A DNA stretch of 45,854 nucleotides from an uncultured bacterium (GCA_964478995.1 CAYZJY010000005.1:1-45854); one strand, 5' to 3'; shown: positions 7,096 through 22,283, counted from the first letter of the stretch. Notes: generated by a model not told the origin, from the sequence alone. Made by a program: numbers and translations.

Positions 7096-9108
7096 ATGAT
7101 ACGTAGCATTGTAATAACAATTGTTTTTTCCGTGATGTTGAATGGTAAAGATTATGAGCCCAGCTGGAATTCTCTAGATTCTCGTCCAACCCCACAGTGG
7201 TTCAAGGATGCGAAATTTGGGATCTTCATTCACTGGGGTCTTTATTCAGTACCGGCATGGGGTCCCAAGGATGCCTATGCGGAATGGTATCTGAATGGTC
7301 TGAACTCTGGCGATACTGCTCGCTTGAGATATCATGAGGAAAATTATGGAAAGGATTTCCCCTATAGAGGCTTCATCGATCTGTTCAAGGCCAATGATTA
7401 TGATCCAGATCAGTGGGCTAGTTTATTCAAGCGCTCAGGTGCAAGATATGTGGTCTTGACCTCAAAACACCATGATGGATTTTGTCTGTGGCCAAGTAAA
7501 GAAAGTAAGGGATATAATTCTGTAAGTGGTGCAGCAGGTAGGGACCTTCTAGGAGATCTGAATAGATCGGTCAAGAAAGTAGGTCTCAGGTCAGGTCTTT
7601 ATTATTCGCTTTATGAATGGGACCATCCAGATTACCCAGACAATACATCAAAATATGTGGACGAATACATGATCCCTCAGTTCAAGGATGTGGTACAGCG
7701 CTATGCACCAGAGATCATCTTCTCTGATGGGGAATGGGATAGAGGGAGCGAGGAATGGAAGAGTGAGGAGTTCTTGGCCTGGTTGTACAATGAGTCCAAT
7801 GCGCCTGAGGATGTGGTTGTGAATGACCGCTGGGGTGGAGAGACAAGATTCAAGCATGGTGGATATTACTCTACCGAATATGACCCCTCTTCCAACCATA
7901 TCGATGAGGATTTCATCCACCGTGGATGGGAGGAGTGCCGTGGAATTGGACGGTCCTTTGGGTTTAACAGAAATGAGGATCCAGAGGACTACAGCACATC
8001 TGAAGAATTGATACGTTTGCTCGTCGACATTGTCAGCAGAGGTGGTAATCTACTTCTGAACATTGGTCCTAGGTCCGATGGTACGATCCCAGAGCTCATG
8101 GTCAATCGCTTAATGGACATGGGCGCATGGCTAGAAAAAAATGGAGAGGCCATATATGGTACCACGGTCAACAGGAAGATCTCATCTGGAAAGGTAAAGT
8201 TCACTCTGTCCAAGGATCGCAAGCATCTTTTTGCCTTCATTGAAAAGATCCAATCAGGGAAGTTTGTCATTAGGGGGATAAGTGGTGCTGGCAATGGCCA
8301 GATCGTCCATCTTGGAAAGAACAAGAGATTGAACTGGCGGAACGTTCGTGATGATCTTGTCATTGAGATCCCAAAAAAGATCCACTCTCTCCTTGGTGAC
8401 CCACCGGTACATGTATTGAAGATACCGGTGCTGCCATACCTCGATGATCCCGAGGTGGAGATCGTGATGAACAACGATAATGCAGATGTCACCATGTCTT
8501 CAAAGGTCGAATCTGCTCAAATACGATATGCTTTTGGCGATAATGTTGATGATCTGGTCAACTTTGTTGATTACAAAGGGTCATTCAGAGTTGATCGGCC
8601 TCTCATGTTGAACTTCCAGTCATATGCCGAGGGTAGGCAGTCCAGTCGCATGGTGACAGTGCCCATAGAGATATTGAAAGCAAAGAATGGACTAATGAAA
8701 GAAACCTTTTTGGGTAAGTGGGAGAACTGTGATCAGATGATCATGGGCCAACCCATTGAACAGACCGTGTCCTTTGATTTTTCGATCGATGAGAGTAGAG
8801 AGAGTGATTTTGGCCATTCTTTTAAAGGGTACTTGAAGATCGAGGAGGATGGAACCTATGAATTCCAAACCACATCAGATGATGGGTCAAAGCTATCGAT
8901 CGATGGACTCCCAATTGTTGATAATGATGGTCTACATGGTAGGGAGACGGTCGCAGGAGAGATCCCCTTGCGGGCTGGTCTACATGTGATCAAGGTACTT
9001 TATTTTGAAAGAGGGGGTCAAGAATCTCTTGATGTAAAATGGAGAGGCCCTGGCTTTGACTGGAGATCCATTCCCTCCTTCAAACTTTTTAGAACAAATG
9101 ATCTGTAA
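7096..9108 (+). CDS. Alpha-L-fucosidase (GH29) with C-terminal PA14 domain, secreted
   Basis: WFKDAKFGIFIHWGLYSVP, LTSKHHDGFCLW, FSDGEW, NDRW, GGNLLLNIGP; PA14 motifs TSDDGSKL, DNDGLHG, YFERGG; N-terminal signal peptide. Confidence 0.93.
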   Translation: MIRSIVITIVFSVMLNGKDYEPSWNSLDSRPTPQWFKDAKFGIFIHWGLYSVPAWGPKDAYAEWYLNGLNSGDTARLRYHEENYGKDFPYRGFIDLFKANDYDPDQWASLFKRSGARYVVLTSKHHDGFCLWPSKESKGYNSVSGAAGRDLLGDLNRSVKKVGLRSGLYYSLYEWDHPDYPDNTSKYVDEYMIPQFKDVVQRYAPEIIFSDGEWDRGSEEWKSEEFLAWLYNESNAPEDVVVNDRWGGETRFKHGGYYSTEYDPSSNHIDEDFIHRGWEECRGIGRSFGFNRNEDPEDYSTSEELIRLLVDIVSRGGNLLLNIGPRSDGTIPELMVNRLMDMGAWLEKNGEAIYGTTVNRKISSGKVKFTLSKDRKHLFAFIEKIQSGKFVIRGISGAGNGQIVHLGKNKRLNWRNVRDDLVIEIPKKIHSLLGDPPVHVLKIPVLPYLDDPEVEIVMNNDNADVTMSSKVESAQIRYAFGDNVDDLVNFVDYKGSFRVDRPLMLNFQSYAEGRQSSRMVTVPIEILKAKNGLMKETFLGKWENCDQMIMGQPIEQTVSFDFSIDESRESDFGHSFKGYLKIEEDGTYEFQTTSDDGSKLSIDGLPIVDNDGLHGRETVAGEIPLRAGLHVIKVLYFERGGQESLDVKWRGPGFDWRSIPSFKLFRTNDL

Positions 9109-9125
9109 AAAAATAGGAGTAGAGC

Positions 9126-10484
9126 ATGGCAAAGAAAATTAGCCGAAGAGAATTCATGAGGACGACCGCTGTGGCGGGGGGAGCGGCAGCCATGATGCCT
9201 CAAGCACTCTTTTCATCTCGGATGAAGACAAGGGTAAAGTTAGGATTCATTGGTACCGGTCTAAGAGGCCAGTGGATGCTATGGCTTGCAGCCAAATATC
9301 CGGAGGTGGAGATCCCAGCGATATGTGACATCGATGATGGGATGATCGGATCCGCATTGAAGATCTTGAAGGATGGCGGAAAGCCAGAGCCTAAGGTCTA
9401 CAAGAAAAATGAAGAGGATTTTAGAAACTTGGTCAAGAATGAAGATCTCGATGGTGTCTATATTGCGACACCTTGGGAGTGGCATCACCCCATGGCCATT
9501 GCCGCAATGAAGGCGGGTATGCATGTCGGGACAGAGGTACCAGCGGCCCTTACAGTGGATGAATGCTGGGACCTTGTGAATGTATCTGAGAGAACAGGCA
9601 AATTATGCATGATCATGGAAAATGTCTGCTACCGCCGTGATGTCATGGCCGTTCTGAACATGGTCAGACAGAACATGTTTGGTGAGTTGCTTCATTGCCA
9701 AGGAGGCTATCAGCATGATCTTAGGCATGTAAAATTCAATGATGGGATCAATCCATATGGAGGAGGCGTCGAGTATGGTGAAAAGGGATATTCAGAGGCG
9801 AAATGGAGGACACAGCATTCCATTGATCGCAATGGAGACCTATATCCAACCCATGGCATTGGACCGGTTAGTCCCATGCTAGACATTAATCGTGGTAACC
9901 GAATGGTCCACCTGACATCGACAGCAACACAGGCCAGAGGCCTACATAAATATATTGTGGACCATGGGGGCGCTGATCATCCAAATGCATCTGTGGATTT
10001 CAAATGCGGAGACATTGTGACCACTGTCATAAAATGTGACCAAGGCCAGACCATCATGCTAAGCCACGATACAAATAATCCAAGACCATACTCACTTAAT
10101 TTTAGGGTCCAGGGTACGCTTGGGATATGGCAGAAGGATGCGCGTTCACTCTATATAGAGGGATTGAGCAAGGATGAGCACCGGTGGGAGGATGAAGATC
10201 CATACCTCAAGGAGCATGATCATCCTCTGTGGAAACGGTTCCAAGATCAGGCCGCAGGGTCGGGACATGGAGGAATGGACTTTTTTATTTTACGAGCCTT
10301 CATTGAGTCATTGAAGGGAGCAGAACCGGTCTTGGATGTCTATGACGCTGCCAGCATGAGTGTCATATCTCCACTGAGTGAGAGATCGATCCGTTTGGGA
10401 AGCGCTGCTGTGAGGGTCCCTGATTTTACTCGCGGAAAGTGGAAGAATAATCCACCCATATTTGGTTTGAACGATCGAGCATAG
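9126..10484 (+). CDS. GH109 NAD+-dependent alpha-N-acetylgalactosaminidase-like protein (Gfo/Idh/MocA fold), Tat-exported
   Basis: SRREFM Tat motif; GFIGTGLRG Rossmann motif; ATPWEWH, EVPAA, ENVCY, YPTHG, GHGGMD. Confidence 0.88.
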   Translation: MAKKISRREFMRTTAVAGGAAAMMPQALFSSRMKTRVKLGFIGTGLRGQWMLWLAAKYPEVEIPAICDIDDGMIGSALKILKDGGKPEPKVYKKNEEDFRNLVKNEDLDGVYIATPWEWHHPMAIAAMKAGMHVGTEVPAALTVDECWDLVNVSERTGKLCMIMENVCYRRDVMAVLNMVRQNMFGELLHCQGGYQHDLRHVKFNDGINPYGGGVEYGEKGYSEAKWRTQHSIDRNGDLYPTHGIGPVSPMLDINRGNRMVHLTSTATQARGLHKYIVDHGGADHPNASVDFKCGDIVTTVIKCDQGQTIMLSHDTNNPRPYSLNFRVQGTLGIWQKDARSLYIEGLSKDEHRWEDEDPYLKEHDHPLWKRFQDQAAGSGHGGMDFFILRAFIESLKGAEPVLDVYDAASMSVISPLSERSIRLGSAAVRVPDFTRGKWKNNPPIFGLNDRA

Positions 10485-10488
10485 ATCA

Positions 10489-12222
10489 ATGATATTATCT
10501 ACGTTGGACTGGTACATTGTTGGGGCCTATTTTTCACTCACCTTGGCCATGGGAATCTGGGCATCAAAAAATGCAGGAAGCGACAGAAGATCATTCTTTC
10601 TTGCTGGAAGGAACATGCCGTGGTGGTTATTGGGCATCAGCATGGTCGCAACCACCTTCTCAACAGATACTCCTAATCTGGTCACTGATCTCGTTCGCCG
10701 CGATGGAGTTTCAGGAAATTGGGCATGGTGGGCATTCCTCTTGACGGGCATGCTGACCGTATTTGTTTATGCGAGGCTCTGGCATCGTTCAGGTGTGCTT
10801 ACAGACATTGAGTTTTACGAATTGAGATATGGGGGAAGGCCCGCTGCATTTCTAAGAGGATTTAGGGCCCTGTATCTTGGGCTTGTTTTCAACATTCTTG
10901 TCATGGGAGCTGTGAGTCTGGCCGCAATCAAATTTGGCGAGATAGTTCTAGGACTTCCTGGCTGGGTCACACTCACTGTGGCCTGTTCGATCACTCTAGT
11001 CTATTCGATGTTAGGTGGCTTGAAGGCAGTGATCATGACGGATTTCTTGCAATTCACTCTTGCCATGATCGGTTCCATATGGGCGACCATGTACATCTTG
11101 GGTCTTCCAGAGATAGGCGGACTTTCAAATCTGATCGCTCATTCCAATGTTATTGACAAACTCCCTCTTATTCCAGATCTTTCAGACCCAAATGTCTGGG
11201 TCCCTGTGCTCTTGGTTCCTCTGGCTGTACAATGGTGGGCAAGTTATTATCCTGGTGCTGAGCCAGGTGGTGGGGGGTATATCGCACAGAGAATGTTCTC
11301 TGCCAAAGATGAGTCGAATGCTGTTGGTGCGACACTATTGTTCAACATTGCGCACTATGCGATCAGACCTTGGCCATGGATATTGATCGCTCTGGCTTCA
11401 TTGGTCATCTTTCCAGAACTATCAGACATCCAAAAAGCATTTCCGCTCCTACCTTCAGACAAACTGGGTCACGATGTTGCCTATCCTGCGATGCTAACAC
11501 TATTACCATCCGGGTTACTTGGATTGGTGTCGGCATCATTGATAGCTGCATTCATGAGTACGATGTCAACGCAATTGAACCTTGGTGCAAGTTATCTTGT
11601 GAATGATCTTTACCATCGATTCTTTAAGCCCAGTGCCTCAGAGAGGGAGTTGGTCATGGTGGGTAGGGTCTTTACGATCTTGTCGATCATCCTCGGTGCA
11701 GGTCTTGGTCTTGTTTTGACAAATGCAGGACAGGCATTTGAACTTTTGCTCATGATCGGTGCTGGAACGGGTTTGATATACATACTTCGTTGGTTTTGGT
11801 GGCGTATCAATGCTCTGACTGAGATCGTTGCCATGGTAAGTTCCTTGATCGTTGCAGGATATTTAAATTTTTCAGGTTTGGAGATGGAGGGCTGGCTAAA
11901 GATCGTATGTGGTACCTTGATCACCACAGTTGTCTGGGTCTTGACCGCCTACCTCAGCCCGCCAGAGGCAGAGGATACCCTTAGAAACTTTGTGAGAAAA
12001 GTAAACCCAGGGGGTCCAGGTTGGAGACAATTTTCAAATGATGTTTCAACTGAACCATGGCCAGTGCCAAAGGGAATTTTGATGATGTTATTGGGTTCTT
12101 TTTCCGTCTACTCAATTCTTTTGGGTGTAGGACAATTGATCTATGGTCATGTCTATCCTGGGATCTTCATTTGCTCTCTTAGCATCATGAGTTCAATGGC
12201 ACTGGTAAAAATTTGGAAATAA
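10489..12222 (+). CDS. Sodium:solute symporter (SSS family), probable sugar transporter
   Basis: FFLAGRNMPWWLLGISMVATTF, QRMFSAK, AAFMST; many transmembrane helices. Confidence 0.92.
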   Translation: MILSTLDWYIVGAYFSLTLAMGIWASKNAGSDRRSFFLAGRNMPWWLLGISMVATTFSTDTPNLVTDLVRRDGVSGNWAWWAFLLTGMLTVFVYARLWHRSGVLTDIEFYELRYGGRPAAFLRGFRALYLGLVFNILVMGAVSLAAIKFGEIVLGLPGWVTLTVACSITLVYSMLGGLKAVIMTDFLQFTLAMIGSIWATMYILGLPEIGGLSNLIAHSNVIDKLPLIPDLSDPNVWVPVLLVPLAVQWWASYYPGAEPGGGGYIAQRMFSAKDESNAVGATLLFNIAHYAIRPWPWILIALASLVIFPELSDIQKAFPLLPSDKLGHDVAYPAMLTLLPSGLLGLVSASLIAAFMSTMSTQLNLGASYLVNDLYHRFFKPSASERELVMVGRVFTILSIILGAGLGLVLTNAGQAFELLLMIGAGTGLIYILRWFWWRINALTEIVAMVSSLIVAGYLNFSGLEMEGWLKIVCGTLITTVVWVLTAYLSPPEAEDTLRNFVRKVNPGGPGWRQFSNDVSTEPWPVPKGILMMLLGSFSVYSILLGVGQLIYGHVYPGIFICSLSIMSSMALVKIWK

Positions 12223-13268
12223 GCACCCCAGGAAGGATATGCTTATTTGGTGAGCATCAGGATTACCTAGGACTTCCTGTGATCGCGATGGCGATCTCAC
12301 TAAGAGCCAACATGGTTGGCGAAAAGAGAACCGATCAGGAGGTCATCATTCATAAACCAGACATCGGTGAGACTGAACGATTCTTGATCAGTGATACTGC
12401 CTATCAAAGGCAAAGAGATTATTTCAAGAGTGGCATCAATATTTGTAAGAGAGAGGGACTCCGGTTCAGCCATGGCTTTGAATGTGAAATAAGGAGCGAG
12501 ATACCGATAAAGGCAGGGACTAGTAGTTCCTCTGCGATCGTTGTAAGTTGGATCAATTTTTTATCTCAGATGTGCGATGAACCTTTGACATGGACAAATG
12601 AAAAGATCGGTGAACTTGCATATGCAGCGGAGGTGTCAGAGTTTCAAGAGCCAGGCGGGATGATGGATCAATATGCAACTGCGATCGGACAAATGGTCTA
12701 TGTCGAATCTGAACCGTTGACATCTGTTGAACCATTGAGTTCGCCCCTTGGAAGTTTTGTTCTGGGTGACTCTGGAGACCAGAAAGATACCCTAAGCATA
12801 TTAGCACATTGCAGAGACATGAGGATCGATGTCTTGAATAAGATAAGACCTTTCAATCCAGGATTTGATCTTCACTCTTGTGGCCATGATCTAGACCTAT
12901 CGAACTTAAATGATCAGGAGAGAATATTATTTAAAAGCACCCTGGATAATAGAGACCTGTTAAGGGACGCAAAGGCTGAGTTACTTGGTAGCGACATGGA
13001 CCATGAACGTGTTGGTGCATTATTAAACCAACATCATGTGATACTCCGAGATCACTTGTATGTCAGTACTGACAAGATAGAGAGAATGATCGATGCAGCA
13101 ATGAATGCAGGTGCATTAGGGTGCAAGATCAATGGGTCTGGAGGTGGAGGATGCATGTTTGCCTATGCACCAAATAATCCAGATGCTGTTGTAGATGCGA
13201 TCGAAGCGGTTGGTGGAAAAGCATATTTGATAAATGCAGATGAAGGAACCAAAGTATTAACTTCATAG
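12213..13268 (+). CDS. GHMP-family anomeric sugar kinase (galactokinase/GalNAc kinase-like)
   Basis: PGRICLFGEHQDY, PIKAGTSSSSA, GMMDQ, KINGSGGGG; TTG start overlaps the upstream gene. Confidence 0.88.
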   Translation: MEISTPGRICLFGEHQDYLGLPVIAMAISLRANMVGEKRTDQEVIIHKPDIGETERFLISDTAYQRQRDYFKSGINICKREGLRFSHGFECEIRSEIPIKAGTSSSSAIVVSWINFLSQMCDEPLTWTNEKIGELAYAAEVSEFQEPGGMMDQYATAIGQMVYVESEPLTSVEPLSSPLGSFVLGDSGDQKDTLSILAHCRDMRIDVLNKIRPFNPGFDLHSCGHDLDLSNLNDQERILFKSTLDNRDLLRDAKAELLGSDMDHERVGALLNQHHVILRDHLYVSTDKIERMIDAAMNAGALGCKINGSGGGGCMFAYAPNNPDAVVDAIEAVGGKAYLINADEGTKVLTS

Positions 13269-13290
13269 GATAATTACAGGAAAGATCGAG

Positions 13291-17392
<4,102 letters not shown>

Positions 17393-17409
17393 GTGGGTCG
17401 TTTCATCTT

Positions 17410-18240
17410 TTGAAGATCTCTGTTGTCATACCTACATTCAATAGGAAACATGTTTTAAAAAGAGCGCTTGATTCTGTAGAGAGTCAAACACTAAAGCCTC
17501 TTGAGATCATTGTTGTTGATGATGGTTCGACGGATGGTACACAAGAGTGGCTGCTAGAATGTTATCCATCTGTAAAATATATTCATCAGAATAATTCTGG
17601 GGTCAGTTCTGCAAGAAATAGAGGCATTGAAAGTTCACAAGGTTCATGGATCGCATTCTTGGACTCAGATGACGAATGGATGCCTAAAAAACTAGAGCAG
17701 CAGGAACAATTGATCATTGATAACCCAGAGGCATGGTTTTGTCATACCAATGAGACATGGATAAGAAATGGCGTCCGTGTAAATCAAATGAAGAAGCATC
17801 AAAAACATGGGGGTAACATATTTGAGAAATGTCTTGATATATGTAGGATCTCCCCCTCTTCCGTGATGATGAAAAAAGATGTCTTTGATGAAATCGGTCT
17901 TTTTGATGAATCACTAAGGGTGTGCGAAGACTATGATCTATGGCTTCGCATCACATCCAAGTTACCAGTGCTTTTTTTGGACCTACCAATGATCATTAAA
18001 CATGGTGGTCACTCCGATCAACTTTCGAAGGTAGATGATGGGATAGAGAAATATCGCATAAGGTCACTGGAAAAGATACTACACTCAAGTTCACTTAATG
18101 AATCTCAATCAAGATGCGCTAGAGATATGCTTGTTCAAAAACTAAATATCTATGCGAATGGATTGGAGAAGCGGGATAAGTTAGAGGAACTTGATCTTGT
18201 AGGTCAAAAGAGAGAATTTTGGCAACAATGGAAACCTTGA
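17410..18240 (+). CDS. Glycosyltransferase family 2
   Basis: ISVVIPTFNR, VVDDGSTD, SARNRG, FLDSDD, EDYDLWLR. Confidence 0.93.
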   Translation: MKISVVIPTFNRKHVLKRALDSVESQTLKPLEIIVVDDGSTDGTQEWLLECYPSVKYIHQNNSGVSSARNRGIESSQGSWIAFLDSDDEWMPKKLEQQEQLIIDNPEAWFCHTNETWIRNGVRVNQMKKHQKHGGNIFEKCLDICRISPSSVMMKKDVFDEIGLFDESLRVCEDYDLWLRITSKLPVLFLDLPMIIKHGGHSDQLSKVDDGIEKYRIRSLEKILHSSSLNESQSRCARDMLVQKLNIYANGLEKRDKLEELDLVGQKREFWQQWKP

Positions 18241-18340
18241 ATTGGGTCTGAATATTAGGTTATATTTGTCATTCTTGGTTGAGTTATCTGTTCCTTTAGA
18301 ACGTTATCATTTAGAGTACATAATTCACTAAATTAATGCA

Positions 18341-21300
18341 ATGAGATCACATAAGATAATATCATTTCTATTATCCGCCCTTGCGGTAAATCTATTTGCC
18401 TCAGAGTGGGTAGACCTAGGGGTTTCACGTCCAACTGAACCGGTTTGGAATGTGAATGTGATATCTGATAATAACATTGAGATATCCTTCCAACTTCAGG
18501 GTTATGATCTTGAGACTCTTCAGAGTGAGAACAATAGGATCAGTTTTCCAGGTGGTGTACCCATCCTGAATGAAGGGGCACCAAATCTACCACGCATGGC
18601 GCGCTCCATCATCATTCCAGACCTCGCTCACATGGAGTTGTCTGTCACGGAGACTGAATATGTAGACATGCAAATTTCAGATGTCGAGTCATCAAAAGGT
18701 AACTTGACCCGCGATGTGGACCCTGCAACAATACCCTATACTTATGGAAAAGTGTATGAACTTGATGAGTTCTATCCTGAAAACATTGTTTTCTTGAGAG
18801 AACCATATATCCTGAGATCATTGAGAGGACAGACGGTAGTATTCCAACCCATTCAATATAATCCAGTCCAGCGCACGCTGAGGGTATATACCCAGATAAA
18901 TATTTCTATTCAACAAAATGGCGTCAGTCAGATCAATCCTCTGACTCAGCGGCCACCACATATTGGTTCTAGAGAATTTGAACACATGTACAAAGATCAC
19001 TTTATTAACTATCCAGAGGATGAGAGGTATGATGTCCTTAGTGAGCAAGGCCCAATGCTGGTGATCAGTTATGGTGATTTCATGGATGAGATGCAGACCT
19101 TCGTAGACTGGAAGAATTATAAGGGAATACCAACCCAGATGATGGATATAGCTGATATTGGTGATGAGAATGACATGGCCCAAATGATAGAGGATCAATA
19201 CTATGAAAACGGCATTGCATTTGTTCTACTTGTGGGGGATATAGCACAAATAGAGACCATTCGCCGTTCAAATGGAGCAGGCTCAAATAGTCCATCTGAT
19301 AATTCACTTACATTTGTTGCAGGCGATGACTATTACCCAGATTTAATTATTGGACGTTTTTCTGCCGAGACAAATGAGCATGTTGAGACAATGGTCAATA
19401 GAACCATTGCCTATGAAATGGATCCAGACCCGATGGCTGAGTGGTATAAGAAAGGTTCGGGTTTTGCATCCAACCAAGGTCCTGGCGATGATGGTGAAGA
19501 TGATGATGAGCATTTGGATAATATTCGTGATCTCTTACTGGATTATACCTACATCGAGATAGATCAGGTCTATGACCCAGGTGGTACAGTTGCAGAAGGG
19601 GAGGCTGCCATAAATGAAGGTAGGTCCATTATTAATTATACAGGACATGGTTCCAATGGGTCTTGGGGGAATGGCTGTCCCATGAATAATACTGATGTAA
19701 ATAATTTGGTCAATGCAGGAAAGTGGCCATTCATTTGGTCTGTCGCTTGCGTGAATGGAGAGTTCCACCAAGGGACCTGCTATGCTGAGACCTGGCTCCG
19801 AGCAACAGACGATTCCGATGGAAGCCCAACCGGTGCCATCGCCACACTGATGTCTACGGTTAATCAAGCATGGAATCCACCCATGGAGGGTCAGGATGAG
19901 ATGAATGCAATATTTGTTGAGTCATACTCCGATAACATAAAAAGAACTTTTGGTGGTCTATCATTCAATGGCATGAATCAGATGAATGATAGTTATGGAT
20001 CACAAGGCTATGATGAGACCTATTATTGGACCCTATTTGGAGATCCTTCAGTAGTAGTCCGTTCTGATACTCCAACTGAAATGGTGGTCAGCCATGATGG
20101 TGTGATCATAATTGGTGCAACTGACTTGAACATTGATGCGGGAGTAAATGGTGCATTGGTCGCAGTATCTAGAGATGGGCAACTTCTAGCATCTGGATAC
20201 ACTAATGAAACAGGGACTGTTGACCTCACATTCGAATCTCCATTGGATGTCCCTGGTGAAATTGACATTGTTGTTACAGCCTATAATAAGATCCCTTATG
20301 AGGAAACTTTAAATATTATTGCTCCTGAAGGAGCATACATGCTTTTGGAAGACCTTATCGTAAGTGGAGGGGATGACGAGATATTGGACTATGGTGAGAC
20401 AGGATATTTTTACACTGTTTTTGAGAATGTGGGTCAGGACCCCTCTGGTGAACTTTCATTTACAATTTCTCATCTAGGGTCGATGATCAATGTGATCACA
20501 GATGCAATTACCCAAGAGTCAGTTGAGGCTGGAGGTCAGGCCACTGTTGGACCATTTGAGATTGAGGTCAGTTGGAATGTGGAAGATGGCTCGTACATAC
20601 CGCTTCTAGTGACCGCAATGAATGATGCAGAAGAATGGGAATATGAGACTGAAGTTCCTGTAGAGGCACCTGCCTTTCTGCTCGTATCATCTGAACTAGT
20701 TGATAATGGTAACGGTACTCTAGACCCTGGTGAATCGATTACAATGCAACTTGCTCTGGAAAATATTGGTAATTCTCCGGTTAGTTATCCCACGTTTGAG
20801 GCAATGACCAGTGACTCATACTTGACCATTGGAAATGTAGTCAGTGATAACGATTACTGGTGGGAAATGAATGATGTGATCAATGTTACCATTGAGATCA
20901 CTGCCTCCAATGATGCACCCATTGGCTATTCCTCTCTCATAGCCTTGACCATTGGGTCTATCAATACCACCTATGAAAATGTTTTTCCTGTGCCAATTAC
21001 ACTTGGCATCATGTTTGAGGATTTTGAGACAGGTAATTTTACCTCTTTTGACTGGAACCACGGTGGTGACGCTGAGTGGACGATCGATACGGACGCATAT
21101 TCAGGTGGTTTTTCAGCACGATCAGGTGACATCGACCATGGCCAAACCTCTGAACTATCCATCATGATGAATGTATTGTACGAGGGTGCAATCCAGTTCT
21201 GGTCCAAATCATCATCTGAACAGGGAGCTTCAGGTACGATATATGATTATCTGGAGTTTTACATTAATGATCAATCTCAAGAATTGATCATTGGTGGTGA

Positions 21301-21637
21301 TACAGACTGGGATGAATACTCAGTAACTCTTCCAGTTGGAGAGCACATCCTCCGATGGGTATATGAGAAAGATGATGATCAGAGTTATGGAGATGATTGT
21401 GCTTGGATAGATAGAATTCAATTTCCCCCAGGAGCAGTCACACCTCTCAATATTGATTTTGGTGATCTAAATTTCGATACCATTGTTAATATATTGGATG
21501 TCATAGTGACGGTCAATTATGTGGTTGGTCATATTGAACTAAATAACCAGCAAATACAAAATGCAGACATGAATTTGGATGGAACTGTCAATGTCTTTGA
21601 CATACTTCTGATCGTTGATGCTGCACTTTCAGAATAG
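18341..21637 (+). CDS. Gingipain-like C25 cysteine peptidase with propeptide, Ig-like domains and C-terminal type I dockerin
   Basis: Signal peptide; C25 propeptide; LLVGD, GRFSA, NYTGHGS (His), SVACVNG (Cys), LFGDPS; two EF-hand-like dockerin repeats GDLNFDTIVNILD and ADMNLDGTVNVFD. Confidence 0.9.
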   Translation: MRSHKIISFLLSALAVNLFASEWVDLGVSRPTEPVWNVNVISDNNIEISFQLQGYDLETLQSENNRISFPGGVPILNEGAPNLPRMARSIIIPDLAHMELSVTETEYVDMQISDVESSKGNLTRDVDPATIPYTYGKVYELDEFYPENIVFLREPYILRSLRGQTVVFQPIQYNPVQRTLRVYTQINISIQQNGVSQINPLTQRPPHIGSREFEHMYKDHFINYPEDERYDVLSEQGPMLVISYGDFMDEMQTFVDWKNYKGIPTQMMDIADIGDENDMAQMIEDQYYENGIAFVLLVGDIAQIETIRRSNGAGSNSPSDNSLTFVAGDDYYPDLIIGRFSAETNEHVETMVNRTIAYEMDPDPMAEWYKKGSGFASNQGPGDDGEDDDEHLDNIRDLLLDYTYIEIDQVYDPGGTVAEGEAAINEGRSIINYTGHGSNGSWGNGCPMNNTDVNNLVNAGKWPFIWSVACVNGEFHQGTCYAETWLRATDDSDGSPTGAIATLMSTVNQAWNPPMEGQDEMNAIFVESYSDNIKRTFGGLSFNGMNQMNDSYGSQGYDETYYWTLFGDPSVVVRSDTPTEMVVSHDGVIIIGATDLNIDAGVNGALVAVSRDGQLLASGYTNETGTVDLTFESPLDVPGEIDIVVTAYNKIPYEETLNIIAPEGAYMLLEDLIVSGGDDEILDYGETGYFYTVFENVGQDPSGELSFTISHLGSMINVITDAITQESVEAGGQATVGPFEIEVSWNVEDGSYIPLLVTAMNDAEEWEYETEVPVEAPAFLLVSSELVDNGNGTLDPGESITMQLALENIGNSPVSYPTFEAMTSDSYLTIGNVVSDNDYWWEMNDVINVTIEITASNDAPIGYSSLIALTIGSINTTYENVFPVPITLGIMFEDFETGNFTSFDWNHGGDAEWTIDTDAYSGGFSARSGDIDHGQTSELSIMMNVLYEGAIQFWSKSSSEQGASGTIYDYLEFYINDQSQELIIGGDTDWDEYSVTLPVGEHILRWVYEKDDDQSYGDDCAWIDRIQFPPGAVTPLNIDFGDLNFDTIVNILDVIVTVNYVVGHIELNNQQIQNADMNLDGTVNVFDILLIVDAALSE

Positions 21638-21663
21638 CGTAACTGACTAATTTAATTTGACCT

Positions 21664-21690
21664 TGGCTCCTTTATTGGGGCTATTTTTTT
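21664..21690 (+). terminator. Probable intrinsic terminator after the C25 peptidase
   Basis: TGGCTCC-TTTATT-GGGGCTA (two G:U pairs) followed by T7. Confidence 0.55.
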
Positions 21691-21710
21691 CAATAAATTG
21701 GATTTAATGA

Positions 21711-22283
21711 ATGAGAAAATATCATGTTATACTGATCTTATCATCCTTGCTTTTTGGAGGGCAGGGAAGAATATTAACTGCAGATCTTGAAAAATCAAAT
21801 TTACGTTGGTTGGCTGAAAAAGTTACTGGCTCACACTGGGGCAATGTCAGTTTAAAGAAAGGGGTTGTAGAGTTCAAGAATGATCAGCTCATCTCTGGTG
21901 AATTCATTGTAGACATGACCTCCATCAAGGTCATGGACATTAAGGATAGTCCTTGGGGTGACAAATTAGAGGCCCATCTTCATGCAGAAGATTTTTTTGA
22001 TACGGGAAAGTATCCTGAAGCATATTTTTTTCTCAATAGTGCATTAATAAAAAATAAAAAAATAATTATTAATGGAGATTTGACGATAAAAGATATAAAG
22101 CACCCAATAGAGTTTACTTGTGAGATCATTCATTCCAATGGTTCAGCATCTGCCAATGGGCAAATGAAGATTGATAGAACCTTATATGACATTACATATA
22201 GATCGGCTGATTATTACCCTGACATAGGAGATAGGATGATCGATGACATATTTACGATTGATTTTGAAATCGAGACAAAATAG
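21711..22283 (+). CDS. YceI-family polyisoprenoid/lipid-binding protein
   Basis: Signal peptide; SNLRWLAEKVTGSHWG, HLHAEDFFD..KYPEA, GDLTIKDI. Confidence 0.88.
   Translation: MRKYHVILILSSLLFGGQGRILTADLEKSNLRWLAEKVTGSHWGNVSLKKGVVEFKNDQLISGEFIVDMTSIKVMDIKDSPWGDKLEAHLHAEDFFDTGKYPEAYFFLNSALIKNKKIIINGDLTIKDIKHPIEFTCEIIHSNGSASANGQMKIDRTLYDITYRSADYYPDIGDRMIDDIFTIDFEIETK

Noticed and set aside
18261-18268. Bacteroidetes-type TAnnTTTG promoter element upstream of the C25 peptidase
   Set aside because: It is a single short match in AT-rich DNA and is not repeated before other genes in the window.
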